From Heptranchias perlo (lineage: Eukaryota): DNA of 64,000 bases. The notes under the pieces were generated by a model. That model was not told the DNA's origin and ran no database searches. It saw nothing but the letters and a program-made list of their open reading frames with translations. The DNA is taken from positions 28,272,001 to 28,336,000 of the forward strand of contig NC_090333.1 in NCBI RefSeq assembly GCF_035084215.1, written 5' to 3'. Each line of letters starts with the position of its first letter. Within the stretch, counting starts at the first letter, position 1. A program made the position numbers and the translations under genes. Positions 37,676-50,407 of the stretch are shown one piece after another.

Positions 37676-39430
37676 GGCCTCGAAATTCCTGCGGGCCACT
37701 GCACTGCTGGAATCGTGGCTGGGCGGGACGTCCGGCTGCCAACCGATCCTGACACTGATCCCATTCCAAATCCCAGGATTAGTGCATTTGCATATTGTGA
37801 AGCAGTTGGGAATATGGAGGTGAAATTGATCTTGGGCAGTAGTGCAAAAAGAAAGGTAATGAAAATCCACAGCCCGTTTTACACTCTGCCCGATTTTTCT
37901 TTTCCATCAGGAGGAGTGTAAAACAGGATGCCAATTCATGATCGCCCATTTTGCACTACTGCCCAAGACCAGCTTTCCCCCTTACAAGCCCCTGCCATGC
38001 CTGAGTTTACACCAAGAGTGGAAGGAAAATTTGTGGGGAGGCAGACAAGGAGTGCAACTCCTTCCTGCCAAGGAAACTAGATGTGGGGGAAGGGGAAGAA
38101 AAGCTCAAGGTGAGGGTGTAGAGAAGTGGTGCAGCAGCAGGCTATACGTCTTGCTGTTTAAAGAGGCAACAGCAGTAATTAGGCAGGATGCGCAAACTAC
38201 ATTGAAAGCAGGGCAGAAAGGGCAGCAGGCTAACTTCGGGCAACCAATTTTTCTGAAGCTGACCTGGATGTTCTCCTGAGTGAGACACAGCAGAGGAAAA
38301 TGGTTTGTTTGGGGTGGGTGGCAAGAAGTCTGTCAGTGCCACATCGCTACCTCCAAGAGATGTAGTGCAGGAAGAAGTTCAACAATCTGAACAGGACAGC
38401 CAGGTAAGATAACTCTACTTCCTATTTTCTTGAATAAATTTTAATTATATTGTAGCAGTCCCACACACCTTAACCTCACAGTGGTCATGGGCTATAGTAT
38501 GCACCAGTGGCCCCTGGTACCATCACTCTACCAAATGCAACCTGCAAGCAGACTTTCTTTCACAGTGCCCTATGCAGGCATACACTACCATTCCTCACCT
38601 CACCTGTCATTGCTCGCTTGCAGCACCTGTCATTCCTTCTGTTTCTTAAATGCAGTTAAGGGGAAGCTAGATAAGCACATGAGGGAGAAAGGTATAGAAG
38701 GGTATCCTGATAGGGTTAGATGAAGTAGGGAGGGAGGAGGCTCATATGGAGCATAAACGTTGGCATAGACCAGTTGGGCCGAATGGCCTGTTTCTGTGCT
38801 GTAGTTTCGATGTAACTCAATGTAACTTCTGATAGCAGGCATTGTCCAGCCTTGCATGCAACTCACATGGCTTTCAATCGTTTTTTTTCTGACTAAAGAA
38901 GGTCGCCCATAAAGGAAAGCCTGGGAATCTCAGGCTGCAAGTGGTTGTCTCTCCCCTCTTCCGACCTCAGTTCCATCCCATAAGGAGAAGAAGCACTCCA
39001 GCTCCTGGGAAGGCACATAGCAGATTGAGTTGCAGACAGAGACATTGGAGGGCCTGCATACCAGTCACTGCCTCCAATGTGGAGGCAGTGATTACTGATC
39101 CTCAAGCCTTGGGAGATTGTGTAGAGAGAACACTGGCGAATAGCTTGCAAGACCTTTAAAGCCCCACCTGCATAGTTTTTCAGCATCTCACTACAACTAT
39201 TAGATCTACCCTTCTGCTGATCAGTGGGCAGTCAGATCAAGGGCTCAATATCAATAGCATGGAAGGAGTCCACATACAAGATTCTATGGCTCCTCATGAT
39301 CACATGTATGAACTCCCACCCCCTCGAGCCCTTCAGATGTAATTGGAGGCAAGCCCAGGTTACCCAGGCAGTTGCAGTAGAGGTGCAGCCTGCAGCAGTC
39401 ATCCCAAAACTCAGCTGCCCCAAGACGTGA
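37676..39430 (+). mobile_element. Second Harbinger-derived remnant (Myb/SANT gene fragments)
   Basis: Starts GGCCTCGAAATTC; LRATNFSEADLDVLL (38234-38278) and *CRKKFNNLNRTA|gtaaga (donor 38404); KVAH at ~38898; CR1 tail inserted at ~38645-38825. Confidence 0.65.
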
Positions 39431-41563
39431 GCCACCTTAGTCCCAATATGCAATGAATTACTTTTGAAATGCATTTACTGTTGTTATATAGGAAAATATG
39501 ACAGTCTGTTTGCACACAGCAAGTGAGATGCATTATTAGTAAAACTGCTTTGATGGTTTTGGTTGAAGGTGGAATATTAGCCAGGGAGTACTCCCTCCTC
39601 TTCTTTAAATAATGTCATGAGATCTTTTGCATCTATCCAAACAGACAAATGGAGATTCAGTTTAATGTCCTACCCAAAAGACATCACCCCTCAGCACTCT
39701 ACTAAGACATCAACCTAGATTATATGCTCAAATTCTGGACAGGGATTTGAACCTACAACCCTTTGGCGTCAGAGGCTATTAATTGAGCCAAGAGCTTGAC
39801 ATAGTATGTACTATTCCCACTGCTAGGCAGATTATCTACCCCTCAGGCTTTTGCCAGTGATTACTCTTGATCTAAGCTGCTCACTGTAAAATGCATCACC
39901 ACCAAGAATGATTTGATCTAATATTTTCCAAACCTCCATGTGGCAAAATGCCTGGACTCACTTCATTTTCTAACAGTACAGCTGAGGTCTTGAGCCTGGC
40001 ACTTGCTGAATTACGGAGAGTAACACAGTGCATTGTACCTCCACGCTATGCTAAAAGTTACAAATTGAGGATCATGCAGTATTAATGTTCATTGGCATGC
40101 ATGTGTAAATATCTACACAAAGCTTGAATGTTGCATTGCCTTGATGCAATATCAACCTGTGTTTCAACAAAACAAAACTGCAAAGCAAATAACAATAGTA
40201 TTATTCAACAAAAGCAATGCATTTTTCTTGCACTGATTCCAAGATAATGCCTTTTCAACAAATTTTTGAGACTATATGATTTTTTCATCCACTCTTCACT
40301 CGAGGGGAAATTTGTAATAAAAAAAAATAGAATTGGGTAAGAATTAAATACAGTGCATTATCTAGCTGATTTTAACCACTGTAAAACTGTTTTGAAAGAA
40401 ACTTTTACCAGCAAGAAGTTAAACAATCTTACCCTAGAAAGACAGTGAAGGAAACAAATCTCTGATAATTTTCTGTAGTCCAAGTTAAAAAAGAATTAAG
40501 ACTTCTCCAAAACCGTACTTGCTGCAGTGACCAACTTAGAAGCAGTTTTAAAAATTGATTTGTCCTGATGTAAACTTTGGTTTATAGTAATATGTTTTAC
40601 ACTTCCATGGGGATGTTATCAGCTCTCTTTGAGCCTCCTAAAATGACTGCAATTGGAAAAAAAAGGCTTAATCATTCTCCCAGTGCATTCACCACCTGAT
40701 AAACGATTGACCATTGATTGAAAGGCTTATTGCACCACTGCACTACATGAAGGAAAGCAGTCTCAAACTATTGGGGCAGCACAGGTCTGGGAAGCTTGCC
40801 ACCCATACACGTCTCCAAGGTGACAGCTTCAGCCCTGTGACAATTTTCTCGAACAATATTAACTTTTGTCAAAGTCCAAGTCCTATTGGGTATAAATTTT
40901 ATCTCAATGCCTTTAGCATGTTTGACATCAGCCCCCTTACGCTTTTCAAAACTTTCAAGTCATTAGTATTTGTTAGTCCCTGGCAGTTTTGGGGCGGTCT
41001 AAAAACTAAGCTGGCTCTGTTTCCACATACCTATATCTGCAGTTAATTTTTAAATAAATGCTGTAACATTTTTAGTTGTAATTTAATTTTTTCTCATTTT
41101 TAATTGTTCTTAAATTTGTCCATGTATCTTCCCCCGCCATCAGGGCAGGCAGGAGAACTTTCCCCAGATGTCCATTAATGCTGTAGTAAAACTGGCTTCT
41201 GGTGGAGCAGTTAGCCCTCTAATTTTGCTTTCTGCCTATGCAGAAGTACTTGGCCTCTGCCACATATGTTCCCAAAGTTCAAGAACGCACTCTTTTGGGA
41301 ATTGTGGATGCAATACCTCACTGAAATGGCCATTCATATGTCAGCTTAATTAGTGAGTGTTGGCAGGCTATCTATCCACTATAACAGTCAAGTCCAATCC
41401 TATCCTTAACCAGTCTCCACGCAGATTTACTTTCTGGGAGGAGTTATTGAAGATCAATAAGGAATGAGCCCAGTGACATTAAAGCCAAGTGTTACACCAC
41501 TACTGTTGTATCTGCTGAGACCAGGTAACTCAACACAGACCTAGGCTTTTCCTTGTTTGTGTG

Positions 41564-42120
41564 AACATAAGAACATAAGAAATAGGAGCAGGAGTAGGCC
41601 ATATGGACCCTTGAGCTTGTTCCGCCATTCAATCAGATCATGACTGATCTTCGACCTCAACTCCACTTTCCCGCTCGATACCCATATCCCTTGATTCCCC
41701 TTGAGTCCAAAAATCTATCCATCTCAGCCTTGAATATATTCAATGACTCAGCATCCACAGCCCTCTGGGGTAGAGAATTCCAAAGATTCACAACCCTTTG
41801 TGTGAAGAAATTCCTCCTCATCTCAATCTTAAATGGCTGCCCCCTTATCCTGCAACTATGCCCCCTAGTTCTAGGCTCTCTAGCCAGGGGAAACAATCTC
41901 TCAGCATCTACTCTGTCAAGCCCCCTCATAATCTTATAAGTTTCAATGAGATCACCTGTCATTCTTCTAAACTCCGGAGAGTATAGGCCCATTCTACTCA
42001 ACCTCTCTTCATAGGGCAACTCTCTCATCCCAGGAATTAATCTAGTGAACCCTCATTGCACCGCCTCCAAGGCAAGTATATCCTTCCTTAGATAAGGAGA
42101 CCAAAACTGTACGCAGTACG
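41564..42120 (-). mobile_element. CR1 LINE 3' end
   Basis: YEERLSRMGLYS...RRNFFTQRVVNLWNSLP; (TTCTTATG)n tail. Confidence 0.88.
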
Positions 42121-43164
42121 CAGTGTGGCTCAGTTCCAAACTGAACAGTGTATTTAACGACTGAACATCCCAACGCCGTGGTATCTTCTGTATGAAGGAT
42201 CTACAGGTGATGGAATTGTGTTCTTTGGACACTGACATTTCTGTGTATCACAGTGTCTCACGGTGCTCATTTTATTCAGTAGCTCTAAATAATATTTGTG
42301 ATCTTATTCTAATGCAGGTCCAGATGCATTTTCACCTGAATTTATTAGAATTCCTGGGACTCATTGAAGTGCATAAATGCTAAGTTTCATTGGGGTGAGA
42401 TAAAAGTACATATTTTAAAAAATATTTTTATTAGATGAGTCATACAATACTTGGAGGAATAAAGTATTGTGCAATTTGACAGCTGCATTATCTTTGAAGC
42501 AATAAAGCAGTTACACAGCCGCTAGACACTACATTAAACCCATTAGCCCCCTCATTGATGATGCATAAGAGAAGATATGCAGTAAGATAAGCAGAGAGGA
42601 GCAAGAAAAAATGGAGTCTATTTTTTGAGTTTCAGTAATTGTTAATGGAGTCTAACAATCCATTTTGAAAATAGCAAACTTGGGGAAAAGATTCCCTCTG
42701 TCCACTATGTGTGTTTATATCATAAACAAGTTTAAAGATTTTATTTGCAATTTTTCTACAAAGAGTGAGCTGAGGAAACTTTCCCCCAGGTGTAAAGATA
42801 TGTCTACACAATCTTATTTTCCATGTGGGTTCAATGTGGTTTTAGATGTTTCTACTAATGTACCAAATACACCATTGAAACCAATTACTAGGGAATGGAT
42901 CCAAGCAAATTAAGTAACAAGCTGGTCCTGGATATTACAAAAGCCTAATAACACCTACGCAAAATAGTCCAGCTTGGACCAGGTTTTCAGTAACACCACA
43001 ATACTTAAGTGTGTAAGATGGGCAGTTTTCTTTATAAATATCAAAGCATTTCCTATGTACAATCACTGTCCATACTTTACAGATGCATTTTGGTGTATAA
43101 TTCACACAAGAAAGTTTCAGTAAAGTTGCTGGTTTTTATGATGCTTCTAACAAAACTTTTGGGA

Positions 43165-43336
43165 GCTTTCGGAGGCTTCCTCCTTCGTCAGGTGAACGAT
43201 GTGAAATCGTTCACCTGACGAAGGAGGAAGCCTCCGAAAGCTTGTGAATTTAAAATAAAATTGCTGGACTATAACTTGGTGTTGTAAAATTGTTTACAAT
43301 TGTCAACCCCAGTCCATCACCGGCATCTCCACATCA
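43165..43336. mobile_element. Second copy of the fold-back hammerhead element
   Basis: Long arm 43206-43336 matches the reverse complement of 8505-8635; short inverted arm 43165-43200; TSD (CA)AAACTTTTGGGA at 43151-43164 and 43335-43348. Confidence 0.8.
43210..43248 (+). ncRNA. Minimal hammerhead motif (family A)
   Basis: Identical to 8693-8731. Confidence 0.72.
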
Positions 43337-44106
43337 AAACTTTTGGGATGATTTTACATTCCTACAGTGGAAATTATGTACAGTAAGGAAATGTTAGTGC
43401 TTGTAACATATCAATTCCTAATTATCAAATTTGCTTGGACCCTATGTTAGTGAATGTCCTCCAAAATAAAAAAGCACTGCATGTGGGAAGATTTTCCAAA
43501 ACTTCCGCAACTTCTACATAAAAAGAAAAACAGTTTTCATGTTGCAACGTCCCAGTATGTGATTTGCTGTGAAGGAGAAAAAAAGGTACTGGACATAAAA
43601 GTGGCAGAATATACGGTTTACTTCAAGCATCTGATAAACAGAAAAAGTAAATAACTACAATCTCCTTTCTTCATACAGAGCAACAGTTTGTACAATTAAT
43701 CTTACTACACATCATTGTCAAATTTAGGACAAATGCCATATAAAAATACAAAGAATATGGATATCAAATAGTTGTAGTTATAAACAACATATAACAAATT
43801 TTAAAATAAATCACGTTGCAATGAACTGAGTTGACAATGTCAATTGTTTCTTATGTACTTGCACTGAATAATTTGAAAAATTACTTTTATTCTTCTTTAG
43901 ATTTCAGATATCATTTTAGACTGTTGCCAAGCTTCTGGAGTCCCTATCATTCAGAGGATCCTTTTAAAGGATAGCACTTAGGGTTCGGTGTCAAACCAAC
44001 AATCAGAGTACTAACCCATACCCCATGGATTGTCAAGATGGAATTTCAGAGAAACACATTGGAAAGAGAAAAATCTTGCACGATATAGTGCAGATGTGGC
44101 CATTAG

Positions 44107-44555
44107 AAGAAAGTAAGTGCATTTATAAGCACGTTTCACAACCTCAGGGCACCCCAAAGGGCTTCATAGCCAATGAAGTCCTTCTGAAATGTAATCACTG
44201 TTGTAATGTAGGGAAATGTGGCAGCCAATTTGCACACAGCAAGGTCCCACAAACAGTAATGAGCTAAATGACCAGTTAAACAGTTTCAGTAGTGTTGGTT
44301 GAGGGATAAATGTTAGCCGGGACACCAGCAGAATTCCCCTGCTTTTCTTCGAATAGTGCCATAGTATCTTTTACATACACCTGAGCGGGCAGACATGTTT
44401 AGCATCTTATCCGAAAGATGGTACCTACGACAGTGCAGCACTCCCCCAGTACTGCACTGAAGTGTCAGCCTAGATTATGTGCTCAAGTCCTGAAGTGGGG
44501 CTTGGACCCACAATCTTCTGACTCAGAGAGTGCTACCACTGAGCCACAGCTGGCA
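44107..44555 (-). mobile_element. Deu-domain SINE, near full length (other copies ~3025-3350, ~18408-18750, ~39445-39792)
   Basis: Reverse-complement similarity to 32247-32712. Confidence 0.75.
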
Positions 44556-45015
44556 CTTCCCAAGACAAACAATTTTGAATAATTTAGAAGAAAAAAAATG
44601 ATTTTTAGGCTCCTCTGACAGCTCAATGGTTAAATGAACTGGATGGTGTGGTACTGAGCCACTAAGACCAGGAAGGTCCAGGATATTTAATTCCAATCTG
44701 TACCAAATTAATTAGTCTCAGTTCAGACAGCAGTGGAGTACTACAATTGGGCTCAGCAACTCTTTGCTGGAGAGAAGAGTAACAAGGTAAGGTTCCTGTT
44801 CTAGATCACTAATTTTCCTGACTGCTGTTAGAAAGTGCAGGTTGGGTGAGAACTGCTTCCACAGATTTACTGTTTAGGATTACACAAGAATAATGGCCAT
44901 CTGGGTGAGATATAGGTGAGTGCAATTGCCTGAGAAATGATACCCAGCTTGGGTCATTGCCTTTGGGAGAATGGGGGAAAAGTTGAAGTGATATTTTCAA
45001 ATTGGTTTGCCTATT

Positions 45016-45303
45016 TTAATTGGACCAATAGCAGCGGCTCTGGGTTTCCAGTGTCATTAGGCATCTGAAGCATGCGTATTTTTGACGGACCAGTACAGGT
45101 GACACTGGGTTGCCCCAGAAAAACAGCTCGACAAATGGCCCCTCAGCTGAGGAGGCACCACTAACATAATAATTTAAACATAAAGTCCAATTAACTAAAA
45201 TAAACGTATAATGCCAAATCATAACATTATTATCTATGTTAATTAGACACCCTATACCCTGCGGTGCCCACCAGTTATGGAAGACCCCGAGCGTACCCGA
45301 GTG
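45016..45303 (-). mobile_element. Tx1/L1-like 3' fragment
   Basis: GTLGVFHNWWAPQGIGCLI is homologous to the 5320-5380 peptide; 3' UTR hairpin. Confidence 0.6.
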
Positions 45304-48300
45304 ATACAGAATCGGTTTATATCCCTGAGGGGCAAGAACTCTACTTGCCAAAAAAAAAGCCATGGACAACTAAAGAGGTAAGGGACAGTATAAGACATAA
45401 GGAAAGGGCATACAAAAAGGCAAAAAATGGCACAGATCCTGGCGAATGGGAAAGATACAAAGATCAACAAAGGGTCACAAAACAGATAGTAAGAGCTACA
45501 AAAAGGGAGTATGAAAAGAAACTTGCAAGGGATATCAAAACCAATACGAAGAACTTTTATAGTTATATTAGGAAAAAGAGGGTGGTCAGGAGCAGTGTTG
45601 GCCCCTTAAAAACTGAAAGTGGGGATATTGTCATTGACAATGGGGAAATGGCGGACATGTTGAACAATTACTTTGCGTCAGTATTTACAGTAGAAAAAGA
45701 GGATAGCATGCTGGAAATCCCAAGAAAACTAATATTGAATCGGGGACAGGGACTCGATAAAATTAACATAAGTAAAGCAACAGTAATGAAGAAAATAATA
45801 GCACTAAAGAGTGACAAATCCCCAGGACCAGATGGTTTCCATCCCAGGGTTTTAAAGGAAGTAGGTGAGCACATTGCAGATGCCCTAACTATAATCTTTC
45901 AAAGTTCTCTAGATTCAGGAACTGTCCCTCTAGATTGGAAAATTGCACATGTCACTCCGCTTTTTAAGAAAGGAGAGGGAGGGAAACCAGGGAATTATAG
46001 ACCAGTTAGCCTAACATCTGTTGTGGGGAAAATGCTGGAGTCTATAATTAAGGATAGGGTGACTGAACACCTCGAGAATTTTCAGTTAACCAGAGAGAGC
46101 CAGCATGGATTTGTGAAAGGTAGGTCATGCCTGACAAACCTGATTGAATTTTTTGAAGAGGTAACTAAAGTAGTGGACAGGGGAATGTCAATGGATGTTA
46201 TTTATATGGACTTCCAGAAGGCATTTGATAAGGTCCCACATAAGAGACTGTTAGCTAAGATAGAAGCCCATGGAATCGAGGGAAAAGTACTGACTTGGTT
46301 AGGAAGTTGGCTGAGCGAAAGGCGACAGAGAGTAGGGATAATGGGTAGGTACTCACATTAGCAGGATGTGACTAATGGAGTCCCACAGGGATCTGTCTTG
46401 GGGCCTCAATTATTCACAATATTTATTAATGACTTAGATGAAGGCATAGAAAGTCTCATATCTAAGTTTGCCGATGACACAAAGATTGGTGGCATTGTAA
46501 GCAGTGGAGATGAAAACATAAAATTACAAAGCGATATTGATAAATTAGGTGAATGGGCAAAACTGTGGCAAATGGAATTCAATGTAGACAAATGTGAGGT
46601 CATCCACTTTGGATCAAAAAAGGATAGAACAGGGTACTTTCTCAATGGTAAAAAGTTAAAAACAGTGGATGTCCAAAGGGACTTAGGGGGTACAGGTACA
46701 TAAATCATTGAAGTGTCATGAACAGGTGCAGAAAATAATCAATAAGGCTAATGGAATGCTGGCCTTTATATCTAGAGGACTAGAGTACAAGGAGGCAGAA
46801 GTTATGCTGCAGCTATACAAAACCCTGGTTAGAACATAAGAACATAAGAACATAAGAAATTGGAGCAGGAGTAGGCCAATCGGCCCCTCGAGCCTGCTCC
46901 GCCATTCAATAAGATCATGGCTGATCTGATCCCAACCACAAATCTAAAGAACACAAGTCGGAGCAGGACCCGGCCACATAGCCCCTGGGCCCTCTCCGCC
47001 ACCCACAGGGCATTGACCGATCCGAACTCAGCTTCATGTCCAATTTCCTGCCCGCTCCCCATAACCCCTAATTCCCTTTACTTCTAGGAAACTGTCTATT
47101 TCTGTTTTAAATTTATCTAATGATGTAGCTTCCACAGCTTCCTGGGGCAGCAAATTCCACAGACCTACCACCCCCTGAGTGAAGAAGTTTCTCCTCATCT
47201 CAGTTTTGAAAGAGCAGCCCCTTATTCTAAGATTATGCCCCCTAGTTCTAGTTTCACCCATCTTTGGGAACATCCTTACTGCATCCACCCGATCAAGACC
47301 CTTCACAATCTTATATGTTTCAATAAGATCGCCTCTCATTCTTCTGAACTCCAATGAGTAGAGTCCCAATCTACTCAACCTCTCCTCATATGTCCGCCCC
47401 CTCATCCCCGGGATTAACCGAGTGAACCTTCTTTGTACTGCCTCGAGAGCAAGTATGTCTTTTCTTAAGTATGGAGACCAAAACTGTATGCAGTATTCCA
47501 GGTGCGGTCTCACCAATACCTTATATAACTGCAGCAATACCTCCTTGTTTTTATATTCTATCCCCCTAGCAATAAAAGCCAACATTCCGTTGGCTTTCTT
47601 GATCACCTGCTGCACCTGCATACCAACTTTTTGATTTTCTTGCACTAGGACCCCCAGATCCCTTTGTACTGCAGTACTTTCCAGTCTCTCGCCATTAAGA
47701 AAATAACTTGCTCTCTGATTTTTCCTGCCAAAGTGCATAACCTCACATTTTCCAATATTATATTGCATCTGCCAAATCTCCGCCCACTCACCCAGCCTGT
47801 CTATATCCCCTTGCAGGTTTTTTATGTCCTCCTCACTCTCTACTTTCCCTCCCATCTTTGTATCATCTGCAAATTTTGATATGTTGCACTCGGTCCCCTC
47901 CTCCAAATCGTTAATATAGATTGTAAAGAGTTGGGGACCCAGCACCGACCCCTGTGGAACACCACTGGTTACTGGTTGCCAGTCCGAAAATGAACCATTT
48001 ATCCCAACTCTCTGCTTCCTGTTTGATAACCAATCCTCCACCCATGCCAGAATATTACCCCCAATCCCGTGATTTTTTATCTTAAGTAATAATCTTTTAT
48101 GTGGCACCTTGTCGAATGCCTTCTGGAAGTCTAAATACACTACGTCCACTGGTTCCCCTGGAGTACTGTGAGCAGTTCTGGGCACCGCACCTTCGGAAGG
48201 ACACATTGGCCTTGGAGGGAGTGCAGCGTAGGTTTACTGGAATGATATCTGGACTTCAAGTGTTAAGTTACGAGAAGAGATTACACAAATTGGGGTTGTA

Positions 48301-48700
48301 TTCTCTAGAGTTTCGAAGGTTAAGGGGTGATCTGCTCGAAGTTTATAAGATATTAAGGGGAACGGATAGGGTGGATAGAGAGAAACTGTTTCCGCTGGTT
48401 GGGGATTTTCGGAGTAGGGGGCACAGTCTAAAAATTAGAGCCAGACCTTTCAGGAGCGAGATTAGAAAACATTTCTACACACAAAGGTTGGTAGAAGTTT
48501 GGAACTCTCTCTGCAAATGGCAATTGATACTAGCTCAATTGCTAAATTTAAATGTGAGATAGATAGCTTTTTGGCAACCAAAGGTATTAAGGGATATGGG
48601 CCAAAGGCAGGTATGTGGAGTTAGATCACAGATCAGCCATGATCTTACAAATGGCGGAGCAGGCACAAGGTGCTGAATGGCCTACTCCTGCTCCTATGTA
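45301..48700 (+). mobile_element. CR1-type LINE (RT ORF2, disrupted), split by a nested CR1
   Basis: KSPGPDG, NYRPVSLTSVVGK, QHGF, DFQKAFDKVPH, GVPQGSVLGP, FADD; stop at 46359 and frameshift near 46690; resumes at ~48159 (LEYCEQFWAPH) and ends in a CR1 3' hairpin near 48700. Confidence 0.9.
46833..48158 (-). mobile_element. Young 5'-truncated CR1 LINE nested in opposite orientation
   Basis: Uninterrupted ORF2 3' part 47034-~48155 (DFQKAFDKVPH...FADD...); tail (TTCTTATG)n at 46833-46858. Confidence 0.9.
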
Positions 48701-49448
48701 CCGACATCGCAAGTTCCCTCTTCAGGGGCAACTGGACATGGACAAGCAAATTTGCTTTGTGACTTTTATTGTGCCATAAATCCTTCCAGGGTGCGCGGTT
48801 AGTAAGGTGGTACTGTGTATTGCAATGGGTGCAGCAAGTTAAAATAAATGAAGTAGATTTTGATGATGTCTGGATGCTGCACTATCCCTTAATGATGTAA
48901 ATCAACCATGGTTTTGTCATAAAAGGGGGGAAAGCAGAAACACAGTTCCCCCACTACCACAGATTATGCAGTCGAGTATCCTGCATCTGGGGGCATTGCA
49001 GATTTCAGCACACCCCAAGTGCATCGGGCTCACCACGTCTTGGGAAAAGCACATTCCTCATTGTGGTCTCTTCATGAGCCATGGTAAATGCAGCAATAAA
49101 AGAAAAAATATTTGCAGTGTGTATTCTTGACAAAAGTGTTCCCCCCCCCCCTTGTTTTCTCTCACACTGTTTTAATGTTGCTTTCCTCACATGAATGCAT
49201 TTTCTCCCTCTCTTTATTTTTTTTTTCCATGATGCATTTTGCTTGCTCCTGTTTTCTTTCTTTTTCCATTTCCTCCTCTTGCTTTCTTTTTCTTCTGTTA
49301 TCTCATTTCCCCCCTCCCCCCTCTCCCTCTCCTTTTTTCCCTTCCCTCCATTTCTTTCTCTCCCTGTCTGGTGTTCAGGTTGTTCCTTGGCTGGGGTTTC
49401 CTGTGCAGGTGTCTCGCCCCTGGGACCACAGCCTCTCCGCTCAGAGAC

Positions 49449-49540
49449 ATGTCCGACCCTCCTCACTCGGCTTGTGTGCGGGGAAACTTCACCTCCTTCG
49501 CCGCCGACATGAGGAGAATGATCAACGCGCCGGAGTTCAG
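49449..49540 (+). CDS. BTBD19: BTB domain-containing protein 19, first coding exon
   Basis: ATG MSDPPHSACVRGNFTSFAADMRRMINAPEF(S) then CAG|GTGAGA; phase 2 joins the exon at 57676. Preceded by a long pyrimidine tract and a candidate acceptor at 49406-49408. Confidence 0.85.
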
Positions 49541-50010
49541 GTGAGAGCGGCCGCGGAAAGCAGGAAACGCCGGGGCTTAGAAGGGGAGCGTGGGCCTCAG
49601 ACCGACCAACCGCAGCCCGAGTCCCGGGTTTCCATGAACCGTCTGTATTTATTTATTTATTAATAATAATAGTAATCAGTTTATGGATTAAAAGTAATAA
49701 TCTTGGGGGATATGTTTTTAAAATGACCACGAAAGGCTCCACCTCAGTTAGAATCAGTTTGGGGGGGTGGGTGGGGGAAGAGAGTTTGTCTATAATAATT
49801 TAATTCAACTTCAGATACACTTTATAAACAATTCTGAATACTAATTATAATAAACTGCTTACAAATTAAGAATAGCCTTAACACAAAAGTCACCTTTTCC
49901 TACTTTACAACGGTGACTACACTTCAAAAGTATTTAATCAAAAGTTAAAAAACACTGCGGATGCTCGAAATACTCAGCAAGTCCGGCAGCATCTGTGAAG
50001 AAAGAAACAG

Positions 50011-50047
50011 AGTTAACGTTTCAGGTCGATGACCTTTCGTCAGAACT
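50011..50047 (-). ncRNA. Minimal hammerhead motif (family B)
   Basis: Reverse complement reads AGTT-CTGACGA-A-AGGTC-atc-GACCT-GAA-ACGT-T-AACT. Confidence 0.7.
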
Positions 50048-50407
50048 GGAAGAAGTTAAAGATTTAACATTTCATAAGCAAGTACAGAGTCAGGCAGAGG
50101 TGGGGCGGAGCAGAGGAAAGCTTCATTGGAACAGCGTAAGAGGTCGAGGTCAGAGTGGGAGTGAAGATCAATGGAAGCTCGAGGAACAGCACCTCATCTT
50201 TCGATTAGGACTCAACATTGGTTTCAATAACATCAGATCATAACCACTGCTCCCATTTTTTCAGACATCAGTGCTGGTAATGGTTCTAATGTTGCCATTT
50301 ACAGCTCCTCTCGAACCATCTTTTGTTTCTTTACTTGTTCCATTACCACCCTCCTTGCCTTGCACCATCATCCCTTTTGTCATTTAATCACTCCTGCCCT
50401 CCACCCT

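Noticed and set aside
49005-49663. Several 100-180 aa ORFs
   Set aside because: Low-complexity pyrimidine tract; only 49449-49540 fits BTBD19.
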